DNA of 64,000 nucleotides from positions 12,648,001-12,712,000 of the forward strand of contig CP158635.1 of assembly GCA_050273025.1 (NCBI GenBank), written 5' to 3'. This DNA is from Cenococcum geophilum (lineage: Eukaryota). The position numbers and the translations under genes are program-made. Below are positions 15,511 to 27,000 of this stretch, in pieces (position 1 is the first letter of the stretch; every line of letters starts with the position of its first letter). The notes below the pieces were generated by a model. The model was not told the DNA's origin, did no database searches, and saw only the letters and a list, made by a program, of their open reading frames with translations.

Positions 15511-16009
15511 TAGTAGATAGCGCTTAAAAGCAACAGAGGGAGAATAGAGGGTTAGATAAAGGCAGGGAGGACTTAAACACGTTATAATAGATAGATCTTA
15601 ATAGGTTTTAATTATTAGATTATAGATATAATAGATAGAGAGTAGGTGGTTAAGATTAACGCGTCGTTAGTGCGGATATTGCTAATTATTTACTTTAGCA
15701 AACCGCGTTACGGCTATTTTAAAATTAATATTAGGAATAGAAAGGCGAGGAGACTTCTTACGTAAACCATTTGATTCGCCAGAGCCTAGTGTATAATCAA
15801 TGGATTTTTTAAGCTGCCTAAACTTGTCGTAAGAATAAGAAGTAAATATCCGTAATATCAGCCATGCGGATATCGCAACGTGCTTTACAAACGTCGGCCA
15901 AAGTGTCTCAGACCACACAGGGACAGATGGCCTAAACTGGTTTAGTGCCATCGGGCCGGATTTATCCGGCGTCCTATGTGGTCTGAGCATGCTGAGACAA
16001 TTAAGTTCT

Positions 16010-18145
16010 ACTAAAGCTCTGCAAAAGCTCTACCAAAAGCTCTACTAAAGGCTTTGCAGCACCTCTGCCCACCCAGTATACTGGCTGGAGCACACAGTGC
16101 GCAGTGGGGTCTAAGAGGGTCCCCCTTAAAGCTCTGCTCGAAGCTCTGCTTAAAGCTTTACTTAAAACCCTATACGGAGCTCCAAAGCTCTACTAACACA
16201 CAGCACTAATATACCAGGAAGGTTCTGCAATCGGCCGTATAACCGCCCATACGGTCAATCGCCGTATAATCATCTCTACGAACGGCTCCACGAACGGCTC
16301 CACGAACGGCTCCACGAACGACTCCACGAACGGCTTTACGAACGGCTCTACAAACGTCTACACGATCGCCCGTACGAACGTCCATACAACTGCCCATGCG
16401 ATCGTCTCTACAAACGTCTACTACAATTGATCACCCGTACGAGCGTTTGCACCCTACACGCCTATACGTGGCTCTATAGAAGCTCTACACAAAGCTCTAC
16501 ACAAAGCTCTGTAAAAGCTCTACTAAAGTCTCTACCAAAGCCTCTATAAGAGCTCTGCCCACGCAGTAAATAGAGCACGTAGTGCGCAGGGGGGTCCAAG
16601 GGGGTCTCCCCCTTAAAGCTCTACTCAAAGCTCTGCTCGAAGCTTTGCTTGAAGCCCTATACAGAGCTCTAAAGCTCTACTAACTCGCAGCACTAATATA
16701 TTAGGAAGGTTCTGCAATCGGCCGTATAACCGCCAATACGACCAATCGCCGTACAATCGTCTCTACGAACGGCTCTACGAACGGCTCTACGAACGGCTCT
16801 ATAAACGTCTACACAATCGCCCGTACGAACGCCCGTACGAACGCCCGTACGAACGCCCATACAAACGATCAATTAAACGTCTATACAATTGCCTATACGA
16901 TCGTCTCTATAAACGTCTCTACAATTTATCGCCCGTACAAACGTCTACACGCCTACATATAGCTCTATAGAAGATCTATACGAAGCTTTACACGAAGCTC
17001 TACACGAAGCTCTGCAAAAGCTCTACACGAAGCTCTGCAAAAGCTCTACCAAACGCTCTACCAAAGCCTCTGCAAGAGCTCTGTCTACGTTATAAATGGA
17101 GCACGTAGTGCGCAGGGGGGGTCCAAGGGGGTCTCCCCCTTGAGCTTAAAGCTCTACTCGAAGCTCTACTCGAAGCTTAATACGGAGCTCTAAAGCTCTA
17201 CTAACACGCAGCACTGATATACTAGGAAGGCTCTATAATCGTCTACACGAACGGCTCTATAAACGGCTCTACGAACGTCTGCACAATCGCCTGTACGAAC
17301 GCCCATACAATCAATCAATTAATTAAACGTCCATGCAATTACCTATACAATCGTCCCTACAAACGTCTCCGCAGTTAATCGCCTGTGCGAACGCCTGCAT
17401 GTGGCTCTACATAAGGCTCTGCACGAAGCTCTACCGAAGCTTTGCATAAAGCTCTACCAAAGCTCTGGACAAAGCTCTACCAAAGCTCTACACGAAGCTC
17501 CACTAAAGCTCTACACGAAGCTCCACCAAAGATCTATACGAAGCTCTGCAAAAGCTCTACCAAACGCTCTACTAAAGCCTCTGTGAGAGCTCTGCCTACG
17601 CGGTAAATAGAGCACGCAGTGCGTAGGGGAGGGGGGTCCAAGGGTGTTCTCCCCCTTGAGCTTAAAGCTCTACTAACATACAGCACTAATATACTAGGAA
17701 GGCTCTATAATCATCTATACAAACGGCTCTATAAACGGCTCTACGAACGTCTACACGATCGCCCGTATAAACGCCCATATAATTAGTCAATTAATTGATT
17801 AATTACCTATATAAACACCAATACAATTAATTAATGAACTAACTAAACGCCCGTATAAACGTCTCTATAAACGGCTCTACAAACGTCTATATAATTGATT
17901 AGTTAATTAATTGCCTACACAAACGCCCGTACGAACGATCGATCAAACGCCCATACAATTGGATATACAATCGTCTCTATAAATGTCTCTGCAATTAATC
18001 GCCAGAACAAACGACTGCACGTCTGCACGTCTGCACGTCTGCACGTAGCTCTACCAAAGCTCTGCACGAGGCTCTACCAAAGCTCTACGTAAGGCTCTAT
18101 TAAAGCTCTGCACAAGGCTCTGCCTAAAGCTTACCCCCTACTACA
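16010..18145 (+). repeat. Complex satellite: about four ~500-bp units built from AAGCTCTRC and GAACGGCTC/AACGCCCGTAC subrepeats
   Basis: The block GAGCACGYAGTGCGCAGGGGGGTCCAAGGGGGTCTCCCCCTT...AAAGCTCTACTAACACGCAGCACTAATATACTAGGAAGG recurs at ~16090, 16575, 17100 and 17612. Confidence 0.9.
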
Positions 18146-18445
18146 AAGCACGACGGGGGTATAGAATTTACGAAACAAATCCATACCTACTAGTATATGT
18201 TAATTAAGCTCTATACAATGGGGCTCTAAATTAAAGCTTTGGGTTAATTAATCGGCTTATTAATCATAAAGTCGGGTCAAAATTTTCGTTGGGGGGTACC
18301 AACGATCCGCATGTTATAGTTATAAGCCTTATTTATTAGCATATTTAATATATAGAGGACTTTATCTATTAGGGTCTTAAAGCACTTTATATCCCTTTAG
18401 AAAACGCCTTAGATCTTTATTTCCTATATTTTAAAATTCTCTTAC

Positions 18446-21400
18446 GCCCGCGAAGCCCTACTGCACGCGTCCACGTCGCCGTGGGTGGAAACATCATCAG
18501 GAATCAATTCCTTTTGATGGCCAAGTGCAGAGGCGATGGTAGAGAGCCGCCGCAGCGCGTGCAGCGCGCTGTCGTCGCGGTTCTGTGGTGTTGAGCTCGC
18601 GACGCGTACGATATATTGTACAAAGCTTCGCACAAAGCATCGCCCTTAACAACACCAGGAGCCTTACTGCCTCCGCTTAAGGCTCCTGCTCTACCACCTA
18701 GGGAGGCCTATTAAGGGAAACTGGGATACGAAAACTACCCGATGTACGACTACCTGGCTCGTAGCCAGGCCCGAAACTGGCCTTATTAGCCAGTTAACGT
18801 GGACGCGTCCTAGGCGTACGATAGGATACCCTTGGGCTTGCACTAGCTCTGAGACCGTAGGGACACGGCGAGGGCGTAGGGAACCTCTTTTTATAAGAAC
18901 TTGTTAAGGTTAACGCGTTGCAGATACCTTGTACGAAACTTATTAAGGCCCTAAGGCCACCATAAAGAACTTGTTAAGGCCCCTACCTAGAGAACTCGTT
19001 AAGGCCCCTCTACGAGGGCCTATCTGGTATCCGGTACTCCCAGGTAACTCAGAAGAGGGTCTTAATAGGCGTGGTGCGCGCGACCTGGACGCGACAGCGA
19101 CGCGATAGTGACGCGACGGCGACTAGACGGCTCGACGAGGTGGAAATATGGGTAAAGCTCTAGGCAGCGGAAACACAGGCCAGCTTCGACGGCCCTATGG
19201 CGACCAGGTGACTTATAGGAGGGTCTTAATAGGCGTGGTGCACGCAACCTGCGCATATATATATGGGGGAGGCTCTAAGGAAACACAGGCTAGTCGTACG
19301 AGGTCTCGATAGTTAGAGACACAGGCTAGCTTATAAAAAGGGGGGATACAAGCTTGGTTAGTAGGAGAGGGTAGAGCAGGTTGCCTGGCGCGGGACTGAG
19401 CATCTACGACCCCTCCTGCAAGACACGGTCGGCCTGTTATGAGGAGACTCTTACAGGCAACGTGAAACGGAGACTAGTAGTATATAGGGTGTTGCGCCCC
19501 TATACTACTACTAGCCCCCATGGGGCGTAGTGCGTAGTAGCCACTGCTGGCTCTAGGGACCTTACCCCTTAGCTAGGCTCTGACCCCTAGTGCACCTAGT
19601 AGGCAGGCAGGATCACGTCCTGGCCGGAGAGACTACTACGTGGCTTAAGAGAACGGATGCGCGTGTCGGTGTACTAATAGACAGGACTGCTCGCTAGGGC
19701 AGTACGCTAGTGAGGTACGCTTAAGGAGCAAACAGGAGTTACTTAGGCGGGAGAGGTTTGGCAGGCCTTAACTGTAGAAGGTGCACCTACTCTATACTGC
19801 AGGATGCAGCCACGACGCCCTTGTAGGATTACGCCAGTAGGCGCGTAAGATGGGAGTTATAACCCCTGCAAATGGCAGCTTATGCCCGTGCCAGCAGAAA
19901 TAATAAAGAGAGGCGTGAAACTAGAGGCTATGGAAGGCTCCTAAGCCGTGCGAAAGCGTACTAACTCTAGGAGGAAACTCTTATACAGACTGCTAGGGGG
20001 CAGACTGGTACTTAGGCTAACCCTATTATAAGATATCCGTAAAAACTGGTGAGAATCCCTGTGTAATTAATAGTGGTAGCTAACTGCTTGTGGCTGGGAT
20101 AAAGTACTGGAAAACTGAGGTAGAGGCCTAGATAAGCAGGCATAGTAAACTCTACTGTATTATTAGTACTACTAGTATATATAACTACCTGCTTTTCTTT
20201 CTCCTCCTAGCTTGTCTAAGAAGGGAGAGAAAAGAGAACATCCTCAAACTTCTCCTGAAAAAGAAAACCAAAAACCTGTAAAAAAGAAACTAATAACTAC
20301 TACGGATGGCACACCTAGTACACCTATACCTTTTCCTCCCCTTTCTCTAGAACAATACCTACAAAAAGCTCTAGAAAGCCTAACCCAGGTATATAAAGGG
20401 CTAGAAAAAGAAGAAGAAAAAGAACAAGTTAAACAGCTAGAGGACTATACAAGGAGTATCCTAGTAGGAGAAAACCCCTTTATAAAAGGAAAAGAAAAAG
20501 AAAAGATAAAAGATGTCCTAAAAGGACTAGTCGAAGAAGTAAGAGCTCTCTGTAAGGAGGTAGCCCCTACTAAAGAAACCTACGCAGAGAGGCTAAAGAA
20601 GGACCTCCCTACTTCGTCCTCTCTACCCTCCTCGTCACTACCATTTCCTACTCCTTTTACTTCTACTAAAAGTAAGAAAAAGCAGCTATAAGAAAGAAAG
20701 CTAGTCCTAATTACAGACCAAAAGGACCAACCTTTAGATACCTTCTCTATACGAAACAAAGTTAATTAACTATTTGCATCAAAACTGCAAGTAGAAAAAC
20801 CTGTTTTAGCATCTATAGCTAGAACTAAGGGAAAACAAAATATCCTCCTTACGACTACGGAAGAGTATAATGCGGATTTCCTAGTTAAATATAAGGAAAT
20901 CTGGCATAACTGCTTTACCTTTTAAAGAGAACAAAAACTAGAACTATGGGTTTAAATTATAGCCTATGGGGTTCCTACCCTACCTTTCCTAGGAGAAGGA
21001 GGCTCTAAGCTTCTAAAAGAAGAAATTGAGACCTTTAATCCTATAAGGTTATAAGGACTACCTAGATGGATCTCATTTAGTGTAAAAAGACACGATCTAT
21101 AGACCAGATTTGGCTTTATAGTTTTTACTATAGAGAACGAAGAAAAAAGACAAGAAATCCTTAAGTAAAAAGAGATATCAATTGCAGGTACAGCTACTAA
21201 GGTAGTAAAATACCTCGAAGTCTCTCCTACTACGCAGTGTACGAGCTGCCAAAAATTTGGCTATATAGGAGACAGGTGCTCTACTAGGGCCTACAGATAC
21301 TGTGCAGCTACATATTTATCTAAAGACTATTCCTGTTCTACCTGTATAATAACAGGCAGGCCTTGCCAGCATACCACCCCTCTTTGCATTAATTGTAAAG

Positions 21401-21837
21401 AAAAACACTTTGCTAATAGTAAAGACTGCGAGACTCTTAAAGCTACTAAACTAGTACGCGAAGAAGATTCTATGGAAGAATAAATCAGATAGGATTCTAG
21501 AAGGGGGTAACTCCTACTAGGCTCTTAAAATGATATTAGAGAGCAAAAGGACAGAAATAAATTGCAAAAGGACAGGGACAGGGGTTAGGATTTCTTATAG
21601 TTTTTCTTACCATTTTCTTATTCCCTAGTAGTTGTAGTATCTTAGTATTTTACTAGGAAACTATAAACTCCTAATTTAGGAGTTTATAAACTACTAGGAC
21701 ATAGCTACTAGTACATATTAAGCTGCCTAGAAAGGATTTATGTATATAGAACTATAGCGCCATAGCTCAAGGCTGCATGCGTAGTATTGTACGTAGTATA
21801 ATACAATGGATAAAAAAAAAAAAAAAAAAAAAAAAAA
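18446..21837 (+). mobile_element. Non-LTR (LINE-derived) retroelement encoding ORF1 only, with poly(A) tail
   Basis: TSD TCTCTTAC (18438-18445, 21838-21845). 26-nt poly(A) at 21812-21837. One gag-like ORF1, and no endonuclease/RT text between the ORF1 stop and the poly(A). Confidence 0.88.
20181..21483 (+). pseudogene. LINE ORF1 (gag-like, zinc-knuckle) with RIP stops
   Basis: ORF 20212-20691 continues in frame through a few RIP stops to QCTSCQKFGY..DRC and PLCINCKEKHFANSKDC, typical of Tad1-like fungal ORF1 C-termini. Stop at 21481-21483. Confidence 0.85.
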
Positions 21838-22531
21838 TCTCTTACTTTTTAGTTAGTGATCCCTTACCATTAAATAGGGTTAGATCTTTTACTTTACGCT
21901 TTTTTCTATAGGGCTTAGTTAGAAAAGGAGAGCTAGTAGTGGTATTCTTGTTGGTAATAGTCTAGGTAAGTGTGGTAATCTAAAGGCTTAGGCTTTATAT
22001 AGTCTGAGTATTTATAAAGGCTTGCTATTTATATTGTTGTATATATAGTTTAAGCATTTTAAGGGAGTCGATTCTATGCTAAGCTTCTTTAAGTTAGGAC
22101 TTTATAGTTCGGCCTTTATTATAGACGGCTTAGAGACCGCTCTTAACGCTAGTTAGGAAAGTTATATATATAAAGAGGTGCTAGAAGGTTCCTACTATAT
22201 TAAGGTTCTTAGAGTACTTTAGGCTACTTTTAATTACCTAGGTAATATAGGTATAAGAGGTATTAAAAAGGCAGGCGAGTGCTTTGCGTGTGTTTATTAA
22301 CGGGGTATTATTTATATTATAGTCGCCCATTTTAAGGGATCTATATAAGGCAATTAAAGTCTATAAGGCTGGTTGTAGTACTAAGATTATCTATAACTGT
22401 ACTAGGGTTATCTAGGACTTATAGTATGGTGTTATCGGTTACACTAGGTTGTAATTACACTAGAAAAACGGAAATAATAGACTAGGAAAAAACAAAGGTT
22501 ATAATAGGGCGCAATTAGGGATACTATAAAC

Positions 22532-22727
22532 TGTTATAGTGTTGTAATAAAGTAGACTAAATAACTACGTTATGGTATAAAGAGGAGAAGAAGGTGAAAG
22601 GGGGTATTATATATAAATAGTAGGGCCAGCCGCTAAGGCGCTAGTGGTGGGCCAGCTAATAGTAGGAAATAGTACAAGATAGTACAAGACAGTATAAAAT
22701 AGTATGCGTTAGGTCAGTGCCGTGACA
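22532..22727 (-). repeat. 5' LTR of Gypsy B copy 1
   Basis: TGT...ACA termini; matches 3497-3692. Confidence 0.92.
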
Positions 22728-24029
22728 CCCTATACTCTCGCGTATACCTTACGTACAGCTTATACCAGCTACGCGTAGGTATATTACCTCCTTATACCCT
22801 TAACCCTTACAATTAATCGCGTAACGTCTTATAAACTCCTCGAATATATACGCTCTATAGCCACTACCCCCGTCCTATAATATTACGTTACGCCTTTTTT
22901 ACTACTAATACTTAGCCTATAACTAATTCTACGTCTCTATAATACCGCAGGCGCTGCTAAAAGCAGCGTATTTATAAATTACCTTACTTTATACTTCTAA
23001 GGAACCTATAATAGTAAGATAATATTCCTTATTAGCTACTATATTAAACCCAAAGAATAATTTAATACCTATACTTAACCTATAACGCCAATTAATCCTA
23101 GGAGAATTTAATTTATCAGCCCTAGCCTTAACCCCTAAAGAGATAAACACTAATAATATCTTATCTTTTATTAACTATATAACTACGGACAAGTAAATAG
23201 AAGAGCTACTACCTATTAAAATCATAATATAAGACGCTAAGATATTTGCAAAAATAGTAGCACGAGACCCTAATAAATACTACTACCTTTTACAAAACTA
23301 CTACCTAAAGCTTATACAAGCTAAGATGCATACTACCTAAGATTATAATATTATCTAAGGCCTACAAGCTTATAAGGTGCTCGCTAATAACATATATTAA
23401 GAAACTAAAGATAACCTCTATATATCTAAATGTAATATCTAACAGTTAAAGAAAAATAAGATTATACTAATTACTACAGTTACTAAAAAAGAAGGCATAA
23501 TTAAATACCTATAATCTTAGCTTAATAAGTATATTTATAACAACGCTAGATACCTCTTTACTATATATAACGCCACTTAAGTCTCTATACCCCTAGTAAC
23601 TTCACCTACTTAACACTTAATAGAGGGTTAGCGCTAAGCAGCTTTACCTAATAGGAACCCCTACTAAAGTAGTAATAATAAAAGCCATAATAATTGGACC
23701 TAAATTACTACTATAGGGTCTAATATATGCTACCTTAACCCCTTAGTCTTTTAGGAAGACCGTAAGGAATATAGCTACTAGAAGATACAAATCTATAAGA
23801 AACTAACTTAAAACGCCTACCTTATTCCTATAGAAGACACTAAGATTAGCTATATTATTAGGCGAATAAAGGGTATACTATTTAATAGACTCTTTGCCTA
23901 ATAGGAGACTAGTAGCCCCTAAAAGTAGCAGTCTTACTAAGAAACCCTTAACAATTTTAACTTAATATACCGTAACTATAACCTACTAGCCACTAACCGA
24001 GCTAAACTATAAGCCCTAAAGATAAGCCC

Positions 24030-27000
24030 TGTTACGGCACTGACTTACCATATACTGTTCCATACTGTCTTATACTGTTTCCTACCGTTAGCTGGCCCAC
24101 TACTAGCGCCTCGGCGGCTGGCCCTACTATTCGTATACAATACCCCTTTTCACCTTCTTCTCCTCTTCATACCACAATATAGTTATTTGGTCTACTTTAT
24201 TACAGCACTATAATAGTTTATAGTATCTCTAATTGCGCCCTATTGCGATCTCTGCTCTTCCTAGTCCACTGTCTCCGTTTTCCCAGTATAATCGCGACCT
24301 GGCGCAACTAATAATACTATACCACAGTCCCAGACAATCTTAGTATAATCCTAAATAATCTTAGTATTATAGCCAGCCTCACAGATTTTAATTGCTCTAC
24401 CTAGACCCTTTAGAATGGGCGACTATAATATGGATAATACCCCGTCGGCGAATATACGCGAAGCACTCGCCTGCCTCTTTAATACCTCCTATAACTATAT
24501 CGCCTGGGCAATTAGGAGTGGTCTGGAGTACCCTAAGGACCTTAACGTAGCAGGAACCTTCTAGCACCTCTTTATATGTACAACCTTCTTAACTAGCGTT
24601 AAGAGTGGCCTCTAAGCCGTTTATAACGAAGGTTAAACCGTAAAGTCCCAACTTAAAGAAGCCCAGTATAGGATTAACTCCCTTACGACGCTTAAACTAC
24701 GTCTATAACAATATAAACAGTAAGCCTTAATATATACTACGACTATACAAAACTTAAGCTCTTAGATTACCACACTTACCTAGACTATTGCCGATAAGAA
24801 TACAGCTACTAGCTCCTATTCTCTTGCCGAGCCCTATAGGAAAAAGCGTAAAGCAAAAGATCTAACCCCGTTTAATGGTAAGGGATCACCAACTAAAAAG
24901 TAAGAAAAATTTGAAATATGGGAAATAAAGGTCTAAGGCGTTTTCCGGAGGGATGTAAAGTGCTTTAAAACCCTAATAGACGAAGTCCTCTATATATTAG
25001 ACATGCTGATAGATAAGGCTTATAACTATATTAAGCATAGCCTTAATATGCTACGTATATACCTAAGCAACCTAAGTAAATAGATCTTCTCTAACTAAGA
25101 GTCTATGCTTATATATATAAGGAAGTACTATAAGACTATAGATATAACCCAAGCAGCTAAAAATAAGTTAGATACCCTAAACTAGGGTAAGCGTAACTAC
25201 TAGTCCTAAAAGGTAAAGCTTAATGAATTAATAATTAAAGTAAATAAGACTAAGGAACAAAAAGTGGATTTACTTAAAAAGAACATTTTCTTAAAGATAA
25301 AGGACCTAGCCCTTACCCTTAGCCGTAAGATTAGCGATGCTAACTACGTAGGATGGAGTAAGTAGATAAATATATTTGCTTATAACTTATAGAACTACGC
25401 TTACCACACTAAGCTAAATACCGCTAAATTAAGCACCGCTGGCGGCTATTAACCTATATTACTGTAGAATGATCTAATAGACCTTAACGCCGCTAAATTC
25501 GGTAGCGGTAGCGGTAGCCTCCCTAATAACGTCCGAAGATATCGTATAGATAACAGACTCTGTATGGCATATAGTTAATCTAGCTACTAGAAAGACGCTT
25601 ACAACCCTAATAAGAACCTAAATCCCCTTCTAATACTACGGCGCTAACCCCTTCCTAGCCGCAGCGGATTCTTTAATAGAGGGGATAGTAACTAAGGCGG
25701 TAACTATAGATGGGGACGTAGGTCCGGATATAGAGACCTACCCCTATGATTTCCTTCCCTAATATAGCCCTAGCTAATAGTCCTGTATGTAAACTACGGA
25801 TAAATACTCCGTGCTAGTACTAACCGTAAGACCAGCTATGTCCTTAGTAAAGTACCCCCTAGCATATATACACCATTAGAGACTAATACGTTAGGATATA
25901 CTAACTAAGACTATAGCTACTAGCTGAGCCCCATGATCTAGTTATTAAAAGGCCAACCCTTAGACTAAGTCGCCTCTAAGGGTTAAAACCATACGGGGAG
26001 GAGAATAAAAGGATTAGATTTATACTACTAGATTAGTTAGACCTTATTCTAAGCTAGCTGCTACTTAACTTTAGAACAGCAAATAATAACAGAAATACCA
26101 TCCTTATTTAGACCTACTTCTCCTTACTACGTAACCCACTCCTAGAAGTTTTTATTAAAATAGTTAGCCTTATTAACAATAGTAGTATAGCACTAGCGTT
26201 TATAGACGAAGACTCGCTTATAAAAAAGCATAATATTATAATAAAAAGACTCCTAGCCCTAAAAATACTCCGCTTTGCTAACGGACTCCCGTCTAGCTTT
26301 ATTACCCATTACTTTATAGTAAAAATAATAATTAGCCACCACACAGAATCCATGCTTTTCTATATTATGAAGTTATTACCCTTAATACTAGTAATTCTTG
26401 GAATGCCCTAGCTTAAAAAGTATAACCTAAGAATAGACTTCCCTGTCCTAGAGCTTAAGTTTAACTCTAATTACTATGCCTATAACTGTCTCCTATGGCA
26501 CATCCCTAACTGTAACTAAGTAGTACTAAGCGGACGCATTATATAGCCAATGCTTAGATACCAATAGCTGATAGTAGAAGAAGTGCCTAATACTAGTAAA
26601 CTAATATACGTAGTAAACGAAGCGGAGATTTTAGAAGACTAGACTACCGCCCCGTCCCTAAGAAAATAACTTTCCACTAAGTCCTACCGCAACTGTCTAC
26701 TAAGTTCCACCGTAACTATCTACTAAGTTTTACTATAACTATCTACTAAGTTCCACCGCAATCTACCGTCTCCTACCTATACTATAACACTACTAGAACT
26801 ATAAGTCTCCCGTATATACCCGCTTAACCTAGGTTAGGTAATAAGACACCTAACTTTAAGATATTTGCTATACGTATATATGACCGTATATATAATAACT
26901 AAGGCCGTTATAGCTAAGGCCGAAACTAGAGCAATTAAGACCTCCCCCCTATAACGCCTAACCTTATACCCGTCTCCCGCGCGTACCATATAGGGCCGCC

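Larger units (their letters stand above)
9558..16000. mobile_element. AcademH-like DNA transposon (transposase plus RecQ-type helicase), RIPed
   Basis: Perfect 9-bp TSD TTAAGTTCT (9549-9557, 16001-16009). TIRs TTAACTCAGTATGCTCAGACCA / TGGTCTGAGCATGCTGAGACAA. Two convergent pseudogenes inside. Confidence 0.88.
9404..18314 (+). mobile_element. Non-autonomous Helitron2/Helentron-like element (host of the AcademH insertion and the satellite)
   Basis: Interrupts B gag with no visible TSD. The 5' TTGACCCGA (9404-9412) is inverted subterminally as TCGGGTCAA (18272-18280), followed by hairpin CGTTGG-N6-CCAACG (18287-18304) about 10 nt from the end. Boundaries are +/-2 nt. Confidence 0.6.
3497..22727 (-). 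mobile_element. Ty3/Gypsy family B copy 1 (full length, RIPed), carrying nested insertions
   Basis: Two 196-bp LTRs (3497-3692, 22532-22727). Polypurine tract complement GTACTCCCCTCCC at 3693. TSD CCCCG/CCCTA differs only by RIP-type changes. The internal region is colinear with copy 2 once 9404-18314 and 18446-21845 are removed. Confidence 0.92.

Noticed and set aside
16010..18145. CRISPR-like array, or coding ORFs 16206-16397 and 17401-17586
   Set aside because: Eukaryotic RIPed context, no unique spacers and no cas genes. The ORFs are translations of short tandem repeats.
19900..19990. Resemblance to group II intron domain V or RNase P RNA
   Set aside because: Only short words match and the required surrounding helices are not evident.
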